64,000 nt of DNA from Vicinamibacterales bacterium (GCA_050250955.1 JBFWNR010000005.1:191911-255910); one strand, 5' to 3'; counted from the stretch's first letter, positions 18,826-28,182 are shown. Program-made: numbers and translations. Notes: generated from the letters alone by a model not told the origin.

Positions 18826-20097
18826 AATAGGCGCCTCGCCGCCGCTGTGGCGCTCGCGGCCCTTGCGCTGGCGCGCGAAGGCGCGGCGCAGACGACGCTA
18901 TACCTTCGTACTCTGGCAGAAGACCTGCCGTGTGCCGACCCGTCGTGTCAGGCCCAGTTGCTCACGGCGGCGGTTGACCCGCCGGTCGTACGCAGCGTCG
19001 TGGACATCGACGACCGGGCGCCGGCCACTTACGTCTTTCCGGATGGCAGCTTAACAGCCGGGCTGCGCGACAGTTCGACCGATCGGGCGGCGATCGTCGT
19101 GCGGAACACGGCGACCGGCGCCACGGCCGTCGTGCCGGCGCCGCGAGCGTCCACCCTGATTGGCAACCCGGTTCGGCCGGAGGTCTATTTCAATGACGAG
19201 CAGGGCCCGTTGGCCGCGACCTTCAGCGGGCTGCGACGCCTCACGCCGCCCGCGTGCGCGACGGCGAGCGCCAGTCAGGCGATCTCGGTCAGTGCCGACG
19301 GCCGTCGCGTGGCCTACTTCCACCAGTGTTCCGCGGTTTTCAGCGGCGTCATCGTGATCGACACCAACAGTGGCGCGACGGTAGGCACGCTGCCCGGCCT
19401 AGTTGGTGGAAGCCTGAGTGACGACGGGACGACGTTGTATTCCGCGTATCTGACGTACCTTCGTCGATATAATGCGACGACAGGCGCTGTCCTGGCCGAA
19501 GTCGACTTCTCGCCGCAGACACCATCCATGCCGGTGGTGGATCCGAACAGCGGCGCGGTGCTCGTAGGCCTGGATGACCTGGGCTTCGGCGGCAGCGTGT
19601 ACGACGCCAATCTGCAGTTCATGCAAGGCTCGACCGCGTTCCGCAATGGCTCTTGGTGGTTCGATCCGAACCGACCGCGTGCGTTCGCACTGACGACCCA
19701 CAGATTCAACCAGACACTGGTTCTCGAAGGCGTACGCATAGTGGACACGGCCACCTGGACGACGATGCTGGACGTTCAGCTGGGGCCGGGGCCACGCGCC
19801 TCGATGGTGGCCGCCTTCGTGCCCGCGGTCACAGGCACGCTCACCGCGCACGTCGCGGGCAGTGCCGTATCGCTGTCGTGGACGGAAGGCGGCCCGGCCG
19901 CCACCGTGTCGCGTTTCGTGCTCGAGGTCGGTTCGGCGCCTGGGCTCAGCGACATCTTCGCCGGCCTCGACGTCGGCCTGCGGACGTCATTCTCCGCCGC
20001 CGGCGTGCCGCCCGGCACCTACTACGTCCGCGTGCGGGCCGGGAACTACAGCGGTCTGAGCGCGCCGTCGAACGAAGTGGTCGTGACCGTGCCGTAG
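18823..20097 (+). CDS. secreted beta-propeller-like protein with a C-terminal FN3-like domain (paralog 1 of 3)
   Basis: The in-frame GTG at 18823 gives the signal peptide MNRRLAAAVALAALALA. The RBS-proximal ATG at 18791 is out of frame (see findings). Family motifs are shared with paralogs 2 and 3 (PDG, GNPVRPEVY, GLRRL, SADGRR). The C-terminus is SRFVLEVGSAPGLSDIF...YYVRVRAGNYSGLSAPSNEVVVTVP. Confidence 0.7.
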   Translation: MNRRLAAAVALAALALAREGAAQTTLYLRTLAEDLPCADPSCQAQLLTAAVDPPVVRSVVDIDDRAPATYVFPDGSLTAGLRDSSTDRAAIVVRNTATGATAVVPAPRASTLIGNPVRPEVYFNDEQGPLAATFSGLRRLTPPACATASASQAISVSADGRRVAYFHQCSAVFSGVIVIDTNSGATVGTLPGLVGGSLSDDGTTLYSAYLTYLRRYNATTGAVLAEVDFSPQTPSMPVVDPNSGAVLVGLDDLGFGGSVYDANLQFMQGSTAFRNGSWWFDPNRPRAFALTTHRFNQTLVLEGVRIVDTATWTTMLDVQLGPGPRASMVAAFVPAVTGTLTAHVAGSAVSLSWTEGGPAATVSRFVLEVGSAPGLSDIFAGLDVGLRTSFSAAGVPPGTYYVRVRAGNYSGLSAPSNEVVVTVP

Positions 20098-20152
20098 CGG
20101 CGACGGCCCGCGCTAGGATGTTGCGCAGGCGCCCGCCCCCCAGCGCCGGGAG
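19921..20152 (+). repeat. homogenised repeat unit, copy 1 (FN3 3' end plus intergenic leader)
   Basis: The DNA is near-identical to 21240-21472, and its coding part to 22616-22792. The N-terminal bodies of the same genes are diverged. Confidence 0.85.
20114..20152 (+). promoter_or_regulatory. conserved leader of paralog 2: TAGGAT box, GCGCAGGCGCC...CCAGCGCC element and GGGAG RBS
   Basis: Aligns with 18750-18784 and 21433-21472. Confidence 0.55.
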
Positions 20153-20160
20153 TGATCGTG

Positions 20161-21416
20161 ATGGCGCGATTGAAGGTCGGAGTGCTCGCATTCGGGCTGG
20201 CTCTCCTGAACATGGAAGCCGCAACCGCGCAGACAATGTTCCTGCAGCCTGCGCCCTGCACCAGCCTGCCCTGCACCGAACGCCGGCTTTCGGTCGGTTT
20301 CGGCCCGATTCGCGTGACGGGCGAGCAGCCGGCTGAAGCCGGCGTGCCGACGACTTATGTCACGCCGGACGGACGCCTGGGGGTGGGCCTACATAATCCG
20401 GCGTCGAACAGTTCGGCGTTCGTTATCAGCGACCTCGTCGCTGGGGGTTGGTTCTCAGTCGGGGTTCCGGACGTCGGCGGGTTCGTCGGCAACCCCACAC
20501 GCACCGAACTCTATGCGTCCGACCCCTCCGGCATCGTGGTCCTGTCGCCGGCCGGTCTCCGTCGCTTGGCGACGACGACCTGTGGCCCGGTGACCGGGTC
20601 CGGTAGGATCAGCGCCGATGGTCGACGGATCGCCTTCTCGTGCCCCAGCCAGAACTCCGTCTTGGTGTTCGATACGATTACGGGCGACGTTCTTGGCACC
20701 GTGCCCACGGTCCTGGCGTTGACGCCGGACGGCGCCTACGTGTACGACCTGTCCTTCAACCCGAGGATGTTGCGGCAAGTTGACGTATCCACCGGACTGC
20801 CCGTCGCCCAACTGGCTCTCGATCCGGCGGCGACGGGCGTGAGCGTGGCGGTCGAACCGCTGTCCGGCCGAGTCGTGTTGTCCGAAGGCGAGTTCCGACC
20901 GGTGCAGGTGCTCGAGCCGGACCTGACCTTCCGGCAGTTCGCCCCGCACCTGCCGACCGCGGCGTGGAGCTTCGATCCGCACCGGGCCAGAGCGACGGCG
21001 TTCTCCGCCGCGGTGATCCAAGGTGGCATGCGCACTGCGGTCAATCTCTCCGTCGTCGATACGGAACACTGGACTCTGTTGGAGAGCGTGTCGGCGTCGT
21101 TGCCCTGCTGCATCTCGGACAGGCCCACCATGGCCTGGCCGCCCGGAGCACCGTCTGGGCTAACAGCGTCTGTGGTCGGTGCGGCCGTGTCGCTGTCGTG
21201 GACTGCGCCGTCATCTGCGGCAGGTGTCACGAGCATGTCCTCGCCGTCGGCTCGGCGCCTGGGCTCAGCGACATCTTCGCTGGCCTCGACGTCGGTCCAC
21301 AGACGTCCTTCGCCGCCGCCGGCGTTCCGCCGGGCGTCTACTACGTCCGCGTGCGCGCCGGGAACTACACCGGACTGAGCGCGCCGTCGAACGAAGTGGT
21401 CGTGACCGTGCCGTAG
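20161..21416 (+). pseudogene. paralog 2 of the propeller-FN3 family, disrupted by a 1-nt frameshift near 21234
   Basis: Frame 1 reads through ...AVSLSWTAPSSAAGVTS, then becomes unrelated sequence and stops at 21378. The frame of ORF 20964-21416 continues with HVLAVGSAPGLSDIFAGLDVG...YYVRVRAGNYTGLSAPSNEVVVTVP, matching the other two paralogs. The length of 1256 nt is not a multiple of 3. Confidence 0.6.
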
Positions 21417-21472
21417 CGGCGATGGTCCGCGTTAGGATGCTGGCGCAGGCGCAATCCCCCCAGCGCCGGGAG
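21240..21472 (+). repeat. homogenised repeat unit, copy 2 (FN3 3' end plus intergenic leader)
   Basis: See 19921-20152. Confidence 0.85.
21433..21472 (+). promoter_or_regulatory. conserved leader of paralog 3: TAGGAT box, GCGCAGGCGC...CCAGCGCC element and GGGAG RBS
   Basis: Aligns with the two upstream copies. GGGAG is followed after 6 nt by the GTG at 21479. Confidence 0.55.
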
Positions 21473-21478
21473 ACGTCA

Positions 21479-22792
21479 GTGACCCGACGAATGCGCGCGG
21501 TGGCGGTTGTGTCGATCGCGCTGGGACTGCTGGCGTCGGCGTTGGCCGCGCCGGCGGAGGCCCGGCAGAGCCAGCCGTCGGCGTTGTACGTCATCCACAA
21601 CGATCTCCTCCCCTGCCAATCGGCTCCCCATCCCCAATGCGTCACGACGCGGGTGACGCGCGCGACGGTCGGGCCTGACAGTGGACGCGTGGACTGGGTG
21701 CGCGATGTCCCGAATCTGTTCGATATCAAGGAGGCCTACGTCACGCCCGACGGTGGCACGCTCGCGTACCTGGGTGTCTCCCTGGCGACCGGGCCCGGCG
21801 TGTACCTGCACGACGTCGTCAGCGGCCGGACCACGTTCATCGGCCCTTTCCACGGCGCGACGATCCTGCTCGGCAATCCGGTGCGCCCCGAGGTGTATCT
21901 GTTCGACGGCACGGGCGCGACGGTGCTGTCGCCCTCCGGCACGCGACGCATCGGCCTGCCGTGCCGGCCGAACGATCGTGCGGGCATCAGCGCCGACGGG
22001 CAGCGTGTGTCGATCACCGTGGTGTGCGGCGCCCTTCCGGACACCACGCTCGAGACGACCGTGTTCGACACCATGACCGGCGCGGTGCTCTCGACGCAGC
22101 CGTACTACGGCAAGGTGAGTGCGGACGGCGACGTGCTGTTCACGCGTGACTTCGTCAACGGCGTCCCCCTGTTGCAGCGCCGCGATGTGGTCACCGGGCA
22201 GGTGCTGACCGAGGTCACGAACCCGGGATGGGGACTGGTCGTGGATCGCGGCGCCGGCGACGTCGTCAGCTACGGCGGCTCTTACGCACACCTCGCCGAC
22301 GGACGCACGCTCGCAGTCCGGTGGTCGACGCTCTTCGGTGCGTCCGGTGCTGGGGACAACGGTCCAGAGCCTGTCATCGACCCGTCCAACGGCATGTTGT
22401 TCGCCGCGACGCTCGGCGGCGGTGTCTCCATGGCCGACACGCGCGGACGGCGCCTGCTCGGCTATGTGGGATTCCCGGCGCAGATGTGGGCGCAGCTGGC
22501 CGTGGGCCCGCCGGCGCCGCAGGCGCCCGTGGCGCTCGGCTCGGCGGTGACTGGCAGCGCGGTCGCGCTGACCTGGTCGGCACCGGCGCATCCGGCGACG
22601 GTGACCCGCTATGTGATCGAGGTCGGCTCCGCGCCTGGCTCGAGCGACATCTTCTCTGGCCTCGACGTCGGTCTGCAGACGTCGTTCGCCGCCGCCGGCG
22701 TCCCGCCGGGCACCTACTACGTCCGCGTCCGCGCCGGGAACGACAGCGGTTTGAGCGCGCCGTCGAACGAAGTGGTCGTCACCGTCCCCTGA
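21479..22792 (+). CDS. secreted beta-propeller-like protein with a C-terminal FN3-like domain (paralog 3 of 3)
   Basis: The signal peptide is VTRRMRAVAVVSIALGLLASALAAPAEA. Family motifs are shared with the other paralogs. The C-terminus is TRYVIEVGSAPGSSDIF...YYVRVRAGNDSGLSAPSNEVVVTVP. Confidence 0.75.
   Translation: MTRRMRAVAVVSIALGLLASALAAPAEARQSQPSALYVIHNDLLPCQSAPHPQCVTTRVTRATVGPDSGRVDWVRDVPNLFDIKEAYVTPDGGTLAYLGVSLATGPGVYLHDVVSGRTTFIGPFHGATILLGNPVRPEVYLFDGTGATVLSPSGTRRIGLPCRPNDRAGISADGQRVSITVVCGALPDTTLETTVFDTMTGAVLSTQPYYGKVSADGDVLFTRDFVNGVPLLQRRDVVTGQVLTEVTNPGWGLVVDRGAGDVVSYGGSYAHLADGRTLAVRWSTLFGASGAGDNGPEPVIDPSNGMLFAATLGGGVSMADTRGRRLLGYVGFPAQMWAQLAVGPPAPQAPVALGSAVTGSAVALTWSAPAHPATVTRYVIEVGSAPGSSDIFSGLDVGLQTSFAAAGVPPGTYYVRVRAGNDSGLSAPSNEVVVTVP
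22616..22792 (+). repeat. homogenised repeat unit, copy 3 (FN3 3' end only; no leader follows)
   Basis: See 19921-20152. Confidence 0.8.
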
Positions 22793-22799
22793 CGCGACG

Positions 22800-23705
22800 T
22801 CATTCGCCGGCAAGCACCGGGAACAGCCGCGCGAAGTTCTGCCCCAGGATCAGCCGCGACTGATCCGGCGTGGCGCCGGCGGCGTCGAGCGCCTCGACCT
22901 GCGCGGCCAGGACGCGCGCCTGCCAGCCGCGCGGGAAGTACGACGAGTCGGTGCCGAAGAGCAGACGATCGGCGCCGACCACGTCGAGGGCGGTGGCGAA
23001 CACCTCGGCCAGGGTCAGCCCCGGCGTGTAGCGCATCCAGCCGTTCGAGCTCGACGTGTCCAGGTGCACCGAGGGACAGCTCTGCGCCAGCATCAGCGCC
23101 TCGCGGAACATGCCGGCGCCGAAGTGGGGAATGACGACCGGCACGCGCGGATGGCCGTGGATGACCGCCTGCAGGTCCAGCGGGTTGCCGAAGCGCAGCT
23201 CGAACGGGCTGGGCAGCCCGAGCTTCCGGCGCGCCCCTACCGACAGCAGGCCGCAGTGCACGAACACCGCCGTGCCGGGCGAAGCCGCCGCCAGGTCGAA
23301 GATGCGCGACACGTCGGGCGAATAGAGCGGATAGCGGTGCATCGCCGGGAACAGGCAGATGCCGCGCAGGCCATGGGCGATCGCCCAGGCCACGCGGTCC
23401 ATGGCGTCGTCGCGGGTGGGGTCGAGCATGAAGAACCCGACGAAGCGATCGGGATGGGCGGCCACGGCGGCGGCCACCGAGGCCTCGTCGCCGGGCAGCG
23501 AGGCGATGAGGGCGGCGCGGGCCACGCCGTGGGCGTCGAGCTCCGACCGCCAGCGGTCGGCCAGCGCCGGCACCGACGGGTCGGTCTCCCACTCGAGCGC
23601 CAGCGCCACCTCGCCGACGCGGTTCTCGGGCGGCAGTCCCTTCTGGGCGCCGAGTGCGTCGAAGAAGCCCGGCGAGAAGAAGTGCACGTGCGCGTCGCAG
23701 ATCAT
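22800..23705 (-). CDS. amidohydrolase-2 family (TIM-barrel metal-dependent hydrolase)
   Basis: 301 aa starting MICDAHVHFF, with later HFGAG and FGTDSSYFP. Only the last 301 codons of ORF 22800-25094 look like protein. Confidence 0.85.
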   Translation of the reverse strand: MICDAHVHFFSPGFFDALGAQKGLPPENRVGEVALALEWETDPSVPALADRWRSELDAHGVARAALIASLPGDEASVAAAVAAHPDRFVGFFMLDPTRDDAMDRVAWAIAHGLRGICLFPAMHRYPLYSPDVSRIFDLAAASPGTAVFVHCGLLSVGARRKLGLPSPFELRFGNPLDLQAVIHGHPRVPVVIPHFGAGMFREALMLAQSCPSVHLDTSSSNGWMRYTPGLTLAEVFATALDVVGADRLLFGTDSSYFPRGWQARVLAAQVEALDAAGATPDQSRLILGQNFARLFPVLAGE

Positions 23706-25084
23706 CGCGGATCTCCCGTGAGGTGATAGTGCGCCAGGCGGTGGTGCCACACCCAGGTGAGGACCACGCCGCAGACGATGAGCCCGGTGGAGAGGCCGAT
23801 CCACAGGCCGACGACGCCGCGTCCCAGGGTGAACGCCAGCAGGTAGCCCACCGGCAGGCCGAGCAGCCAGTGGCCGACCAGGTTGACGACAAACGGCGTC
23901 CGGGTGTCGCCCAGGCCGCGCAGCGCACCGGTGGCCACCGCCTGCAGGCCGTCGAAGAGCTGGAACACCGCGGCGATGAGCAGCAGCGAGGCGCCCAGGG
24001 CGAGGACGTCGGGACCGGGAGAGAAGAGGCCGATGAGCGGGCGCGGCGTGGTGACGAAGAGCAGCGCCGTGAGGGTCATGAAGACGCCGCCCAGGCCGAT
24101 GGCCGTCCAGCCGGCCCGCCCGGCCCCGTCGGGGTCGCGGGCGCCGACCCGGTTGCCGACCCGCACGGCGCCGGCCGAGGCGATGCCGAGCGGCACCATG
24201 AAGGCGGTGGCGGCGACGTTGAGGGCGATCTGGTGCGACGCGCTCGACACCGGGTCGAGGCGTCCGGCCAGCGCCGTCGCCAGGGCGAAGGCCGCCACCT
24301 CGATCGAGATCTGCAGCGCGGCCGGAAATCCGAGATGCCACAAGCGCACCAGCCGGTCGCGGGAGATGCGTCGCGACACCGCCGCCAGCCCGCTGTTGCG
24401 GATGCGGTCGTAGTGATGGGCGGCGAGCCACAGCACGACGAGCAGGTAGACCCGCGACACCACCGTCGCCCACGCCGCCCCGGGCACGCCGAGTGCTGGC
24501 AGGCCGAGCCCGCCGTAGATGAACAGGCGGTTGGCGCCGGCGTTGACCAGGTTGGCGGTGATGAGCGCGAACGCCACCGGGACGACGGCGTGGATGCCCT
24601 GCAGGTAGCGTCGCACCGCCGCGTAGAGGAGCAGCGGCAGCGTGCTCCAGAGGATCACCGAGAAATAGCCGCTGAGCGGCGGGACGATCTCCTCGTGGAA
24701 GCCGAGCGACGGGATCGCCACCTGGATCGCCGCGCAGACGATCACCACAGGCACGCTGACGATGCCGCCGAGGACCAGGCCGTGCACCAGCCAGCGGTGG
24801 GTGTCGCGGTGGTCGCCGGCGCCGTAGGCCTGCGCCACCAGGGTGTCGAGGCCGAGCAGCAGCCCCATGCCGAAAATGGCGAAGGCGATGTGCAGGGAGT
24901 TGCCGATGCCGGTGGCGCCAATCGCCGCCGGGCCGAGCGGCGCCACCATGATCGTGTCGACGATGCCCATCGCCATCCAGCCCAGTTCGGCCAGCACCAC
25001 CGGCACGGCGAGGCGCAGCAGGGGCACGAGTTCGGCGCGAATGGGCAGCGACATCGGCGGGGCGACGGTGGCGGATCGTACCAT
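23702..25084 (-). CDS. MATE family efflux transporter
   Basis: 460 aa with about 12 TM segments. The typical N-terminus is LLRLAVPVVLAELGWMAMGIVDTIMV. Its stop overlaps the amidohydrolase start (ATGA). Confidence 0.9.
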   Translation of the reverse strand: MVRSATVAPPMSLPIRAELVPLLRLAVPVVLAELGWMAMGIVDTIMVAPLGPAAIGATGIGNSLHIAFAIFGMGLLLGLDTLVAQAYGAGDHRDTHRWLVHGLVLGGIVSVPVVIVCAAIQVAIPSLGFHEEIVPPLSGYFSVILWSTLPLLLYAAVRRYLQGIHAVVPVAFALITANLVNAGANRLFIYGGLGLPALGVPGAAWATVVSRVYLLVVLWLAAHHYDRIRNSGLAAVSRRISRDRLVRLWHLGFPAALQISIEVAAFALATALAGRLDPVSSASHQIALNVAATAFMVPLGIASAGAVRVGNRVGARDPDGAGRAGWTAIGLGGVFMTLTALLFVTTPRPLIGLFSPGPDVLALGASLLLIAAVFQLFDGLQAVATGALRGLGDTRTPFVVNLVGHWLLGLPVGYLLAFTLGRGVVGLWIGLSTGLIVCGVVLTWVWHHRLAHYHLTGDPR

Positions 25085-25112
25085 GCGGGTCCACGGGAAC
25101 CTGGCACGAGAC

Positions 25113-25145
25113 CCGTGCCGTCGGTGCCTGGCACCGGTGGCACGG
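25113..25145. repeat. REP-like palindromic element, family A (core CGGTGCCTGGCACCG nested inside CCGTGCC...GGCACGG)
   Basis: Read directly from the sequence. It shares the GGTGCCAGGCACC core with the elements at 26468-26520 and 46983-47022. Confidence 0.8.
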
Positions 25146-25229
25146 ATCCCGCGCGGCTGACGCCCGGGCGGAATTCAGATCTCGCCACCTGAGCGATTCC
25201 TGCTACGCTCCCGGCCCGAGGTCCTTTCC

Positions 25230-26495
25230 ATGCAGACGCCGTCTCGTCGGCACTTCCTGCACTGCGTCGGCACGCTCGCCGCGACGTCCCTGGCTAAGCC
25301 CGTGCGAGCCACGGCGCAGCCGGCCGCTCCCGGGCCGTTCGGCGCCGGCACGCTGCCGGCGGGCATCCGCTCGCGGATCGTCGCCGGCGTGAACGGCATC
25401 CCCATGCACGTCCTCGACGCCGGCTTCGAGACGCCGGGCCGTCCGGGTCTGCTGCTCGTGCACGGCTTCCCGGAGCTGGCCTACAGCTGGCGCAAGGTGA
25501 TGCTGCCGCTCGCCGCCGCGGGGTACCACGTGTTCGCGCCGGATCAGCGCGGCTACGGGCGCAGTGGCGGCACCGACGTGCGTTACGACGACGATCTGGC
25601 GCCGTTCTCGACCCTGAACCGCGTCCGCGACATGCTGGCGCTGACTGCCGCGCTCGGCCACCGCTCGCTGGCGGCGGTGGTCGGCCACGACTTCGGGTCG
25701 CCGGTGGCGGCGTGGTGCGCGCTGACCCGGCCCGACGTGTTCCAGCGCGTGGTGATGATGAGCGCGCCGTTCGGCGGTTCGGCGCGGCTGCCGTTCGACA
25801 CCGCCAACGCCCCGGCACCTCCCGCCGCGCCGGCCTACGACATGGACGCCGAGCTGGGCAAGCTGACGCCGCCGCGCAAGCACTACCAGACCTACTACAC
25901 GACGCGCCAGGCCGACGCCGACATGTCGCGCGCGCCGCAGGGGCTGCTGGCGTTCCTGCGCGCCTACTACCACGCCAAGAGCGCCGACTGGCCGCACAAC
26001 CGGCCGCATCGGCTGGCCGCCAACACCGCTGAGGAGTTCGCCAAGCTGCCGCGCTACTACGTGATGGACCGCGATACGACGATGGCGGCGCAGGTGGCGG
26101 CCGACATGCCGACGGCGGCCGAGATCGCCCGCTGCGCGTGGCTGCCGGATCGCGAGCTGCAGGTCTACGCCGACGAGTACGGCCGCACCGGCTTCCAGGG
26201 CGGGCTGCAGTCGTATCGCGTCGGCCGCACGCCCCGGCTCGGCGCCGAGTTGACGCTCTTCGCCGGCCGCACCATCGACGTGCCGGCGGCGTTCGTGTCG
26301 GGCAAGAGCGACTGGGGCGTCTACCAGCGTGCCGGCAGCTTCGAGGCGATGCAGACGTCGGCGTGCACGAAGTTCTGGGGCGCCCACCTGGTCGAGGGCG
26401 CCGGCCACTGGGTGCAACAGGAACAGCCCGACGCGACCGTCAGGCACATTCTGCAGTTCTTGAAGTCGGTGCCAGGCACGAACGGCGTTCAATGA
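25230..26495 (+). CDS. epoxide-hydrolase-like alpha/beta hydrolase with a TAT signal
   Basis: The twin-arginine N-terminus is MQTPSRRHFLHCVGTLAATS. Motifs seen are LLLVHGFPELAYSWR, APDQRGYGRS and GHDFGS. Confidence 0.85.
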   Translation: MQTPSRRHFLHCVGTLAATSLAKPVRATAQPAAPGPFGAGTLPAGIRSRIVAGVNGIPMHVLDAGFETPGRPGLLLVHGFPELAYSWRKVMLPLAAAGYHVFAPDQRGYGRSGGTDVRYDDDLAPFSTLNRVRDMLALTAALGHRSLAAVVGHDFGSPVAAWCALTRPDVFQRVVMMSAPFGGSARLPFDTANAPAPPAAPAYDMDAELGKLTPPRKHYQTYYTTRQADADMSRAPQGLLAFLRAYYHAKSADWPHNRPHRLAANTAEEFAKLPRYYVMDRDTTMAAQVAADMPTAAEIARCAWLPDRELQVYADEYGRTGFQGGLQSYRVGRTPRLGAELTLFAGRTIDVPAAFVSGKSDWGVYQRAGSFEAMQTSACTKFWGAHLVEGAGHWVQQEQPDATVRHILQFLKSVPGTNGVQ

Positions 26496-26520
26496 CTGAA
26501 CGCCGTTCGTGCCTGGCACC
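26468..26520. terminator. 24-bp perfect inverted repeat (REP family A) acting as a bidirectional terminator-type hairpin between convergent genes
   Basis: The structure is GGTGCCAGGCACGAACGGCGTTCA-atgac-TGAACGCCGTTCGTGCCTGGCACC. The stop codon of the + gene lies in the loop, and the stop of the - gene abuts the right arm. Confidence 0.8.
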
Positions 26521-28170
26521 TCATTGCCGCGCGGTCGGGCGTGCCGGCGGTGTCGCCGGTGCGCCCGGCTTGGGCGGCATCGCGTCCTTGCCGAACCGCG
26601 GCAGCTTCTCGTCGCGCATCGCCAGGTGGTAGACGGCAGCGGCGATCGCCATCGCCGACTGCTGCGCGTCGCTCTCGATGATCCGCTCGTAGGTGTCGAG
26701 ATTGGTGTGCCAGGTGTGGGTGCCGTACTCGATCGGGTCCTGCCCGACGCTGATGCCCGGCAGGCCGATCTCGTTGAACGAGGTGTGATCCGAGCCGCCG
26801 CGGGCCCGCGAGCGAGTGGTGTTGGCGCCCATCACCCCGTTGACGGCGAACGGCTCCAGCACCGGGCGCAGCACGTCGGCGGCCGTCGGCGGGCCGAACA
26901 CGGTCATGCCGCGGGCTTTGCCGGTGCCTGAGTCGATGTTGAAGTAGCCGGCGAAGTGTTCGTACTCCGGCTTGGGCGCCTCGAAGGTGCCGAAGTGCTG
27001 CGCCACGTAGGCCACCGAGCCGCGCAGGCCCTGCTCCTCGCCGCTCCACAGCGCCAGGCGGATGGTGCGCCGCGGCTGGACGCCGATCGCCTGCAGGATG
27101 CGGATCGCCTCGAGCATCACCGCCGAGCCGATGGCGTTGTCGGTGGCCCCAGTGGCGGCGTGCCACGAGTCGAGGTGGCCGCCGAGCATCACCACCTCCT
27201 GGGCCTTGTCGCTGCCCGGGATCTCGACCACCACGTTGTGCTGGGTGCGGCCCTCGGGGAAGGTGCGGTTGGCGATCGTCGCCTCGATCTCGACGATGCG
27301 TCCACTGGCCATCAGCCGGGCGATCCGGCCGTAGTCCTCGTTGCGCATCACGATCGTCGGCACCGCCTTGGCGACGTCGAACGTACGGTTGTTGAAGGCG
27401 CGGATCTGGCCGTGCTCGCGGCCGGCGTCGTTGATGCGCAGCGCCGCCCCGGCCTCGACCAGGAACACGTTCAGGGCCTCGGCGGCCTGGTCGGGCGTGA
27501 GCACGCCCTCGGCGCGGGCCGGCGTCGCCGGCGGGGTGAAGCCGCCGCCGCCGCCGCGGGCCGAGAACTGGGCCCGCGCGGCGTTGTCGTCGCGACGCTT
27601 GGCCGGCGGGTCGATGGTGACGTCGAGTTGCGCCGGCTTGCCGATCATCACGGCGCGGCCCTTGAGGCTGCCGCGCAGCCGGGCGAAGAACGTGTCGAGG
27701 TCCTTCTGGGTCGGGTTGTCCGGCGGCTCGACGATCACCGTGGACGCCGTGATCGTCCCGTTGGTGCCCGGCGTCCAGGCCAGCGCCTCGACGACCAGCG
27801 AATCCTTCACCGGCGTGACGAGATGGACCGCCGTCCGGTCGTTGAGCCAGCCGGGATGTCCGAAGTCCCACTCCTCGAGGTGGGCGTTCTTCAGGCCCCA
27901 GGTCGTCGCCTGCTGCATCACCCATTCCTGGGCGCCGCGCAGGTTGGGCGAACCGGTGAGCCGCGGACCGTACACGTCGGTGAGGACGTGCAGCGTGCGC
28001 ATGATCTGCGAGTGCTCGACGGCCTCGCGGCGGATCTTCCAGATGGCGTCGTGATCGACGCGTTCGGGCGCCGCCGGCCGCGCGGTCGACTGCTGAGCAG
28101 CCGGCACGGCCCGCAGCGCCGGGACCAGGATCAGGGCACCGGCAGTGACGGCGGCGAGAGCGATGCGCAT
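26521..28170 (-). CDS. M28-family aminopeptidase with a PA domain, secreted
   Basis: The start [21 protein letters not shown] is a signal peptide. The M28 metal motifs are [21 protein letters not shown] and [10 protein letters not shown]. The upstream 135 codons of the ORF are Pro/Arg/Ser junk. Confidence 0.85.
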   Translation of the reverse strand: MRIALAAVTAGALILVPALRAVPAAQQSTARPAAPERVDHDAIWKIRREAVEHSQIMRTLHVLTDVYGPRLTGSPNLRGAQEWVMQQATTWGLKNAHLEEWDFGHPGWLNDRTAVHLVTPVKDSLVVEALAWTPGTNGTITASTVIVEPPDNPTQKDLDTFFARLRGSLKGRAVMIGKPAQLDVTIDPPAKRRDDNAARAQFSARGGGGGFTPPATPARAEGVLTPDQAAEALNVFLVEAGAALRINDAGREHGQIRAFNNRTFDVAKAVPTIVMRNEDYGRIARLMASGRIVEIEATIANRTFPEGRTQHNVVVEIPGSDKAQEVVMLGGHLDSWHAATGATDNAIGSAVMLEAIRILQAIGVQPRRTIRLALWSGEEQGLRGSVAYVAQHFGTFEAPKPEYEHFAGYFNIDSGTGKARGMTVFGPPTAADVLRPVLEPFAVNGVMGANTTRSRARGGSDHTSFNEIGLPGISVGQDPIEYGTHTWHTNLDTYERIIESDAQQSAMAIAAAVYHLAMRDEKLPRFGKDAMPPKPGAPATPPARPTARQ

Positions 28171-28176
28171 CCGCGG

Positions 28177-28182
28177 ACTATA
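28177..28182 (-). promoter_or_regulatory. -10-like TATAGT box 6 nt upstream of ATG 28170 (leaderless-type promoter)
   Basis: The minus strand reads TATAGT-ccgcgg-ATG. Confidence 0.4.

Noticed and set aside
23706-25094. Upstream extension of ORF 22800-25094 (764 aa).
   Set aside because: It overlaps the convincing MATE transporter frame. The amidohydrolase domain starts at MICDAHVH (ATG 23705), in an ATGA overlap with the MATE stop.
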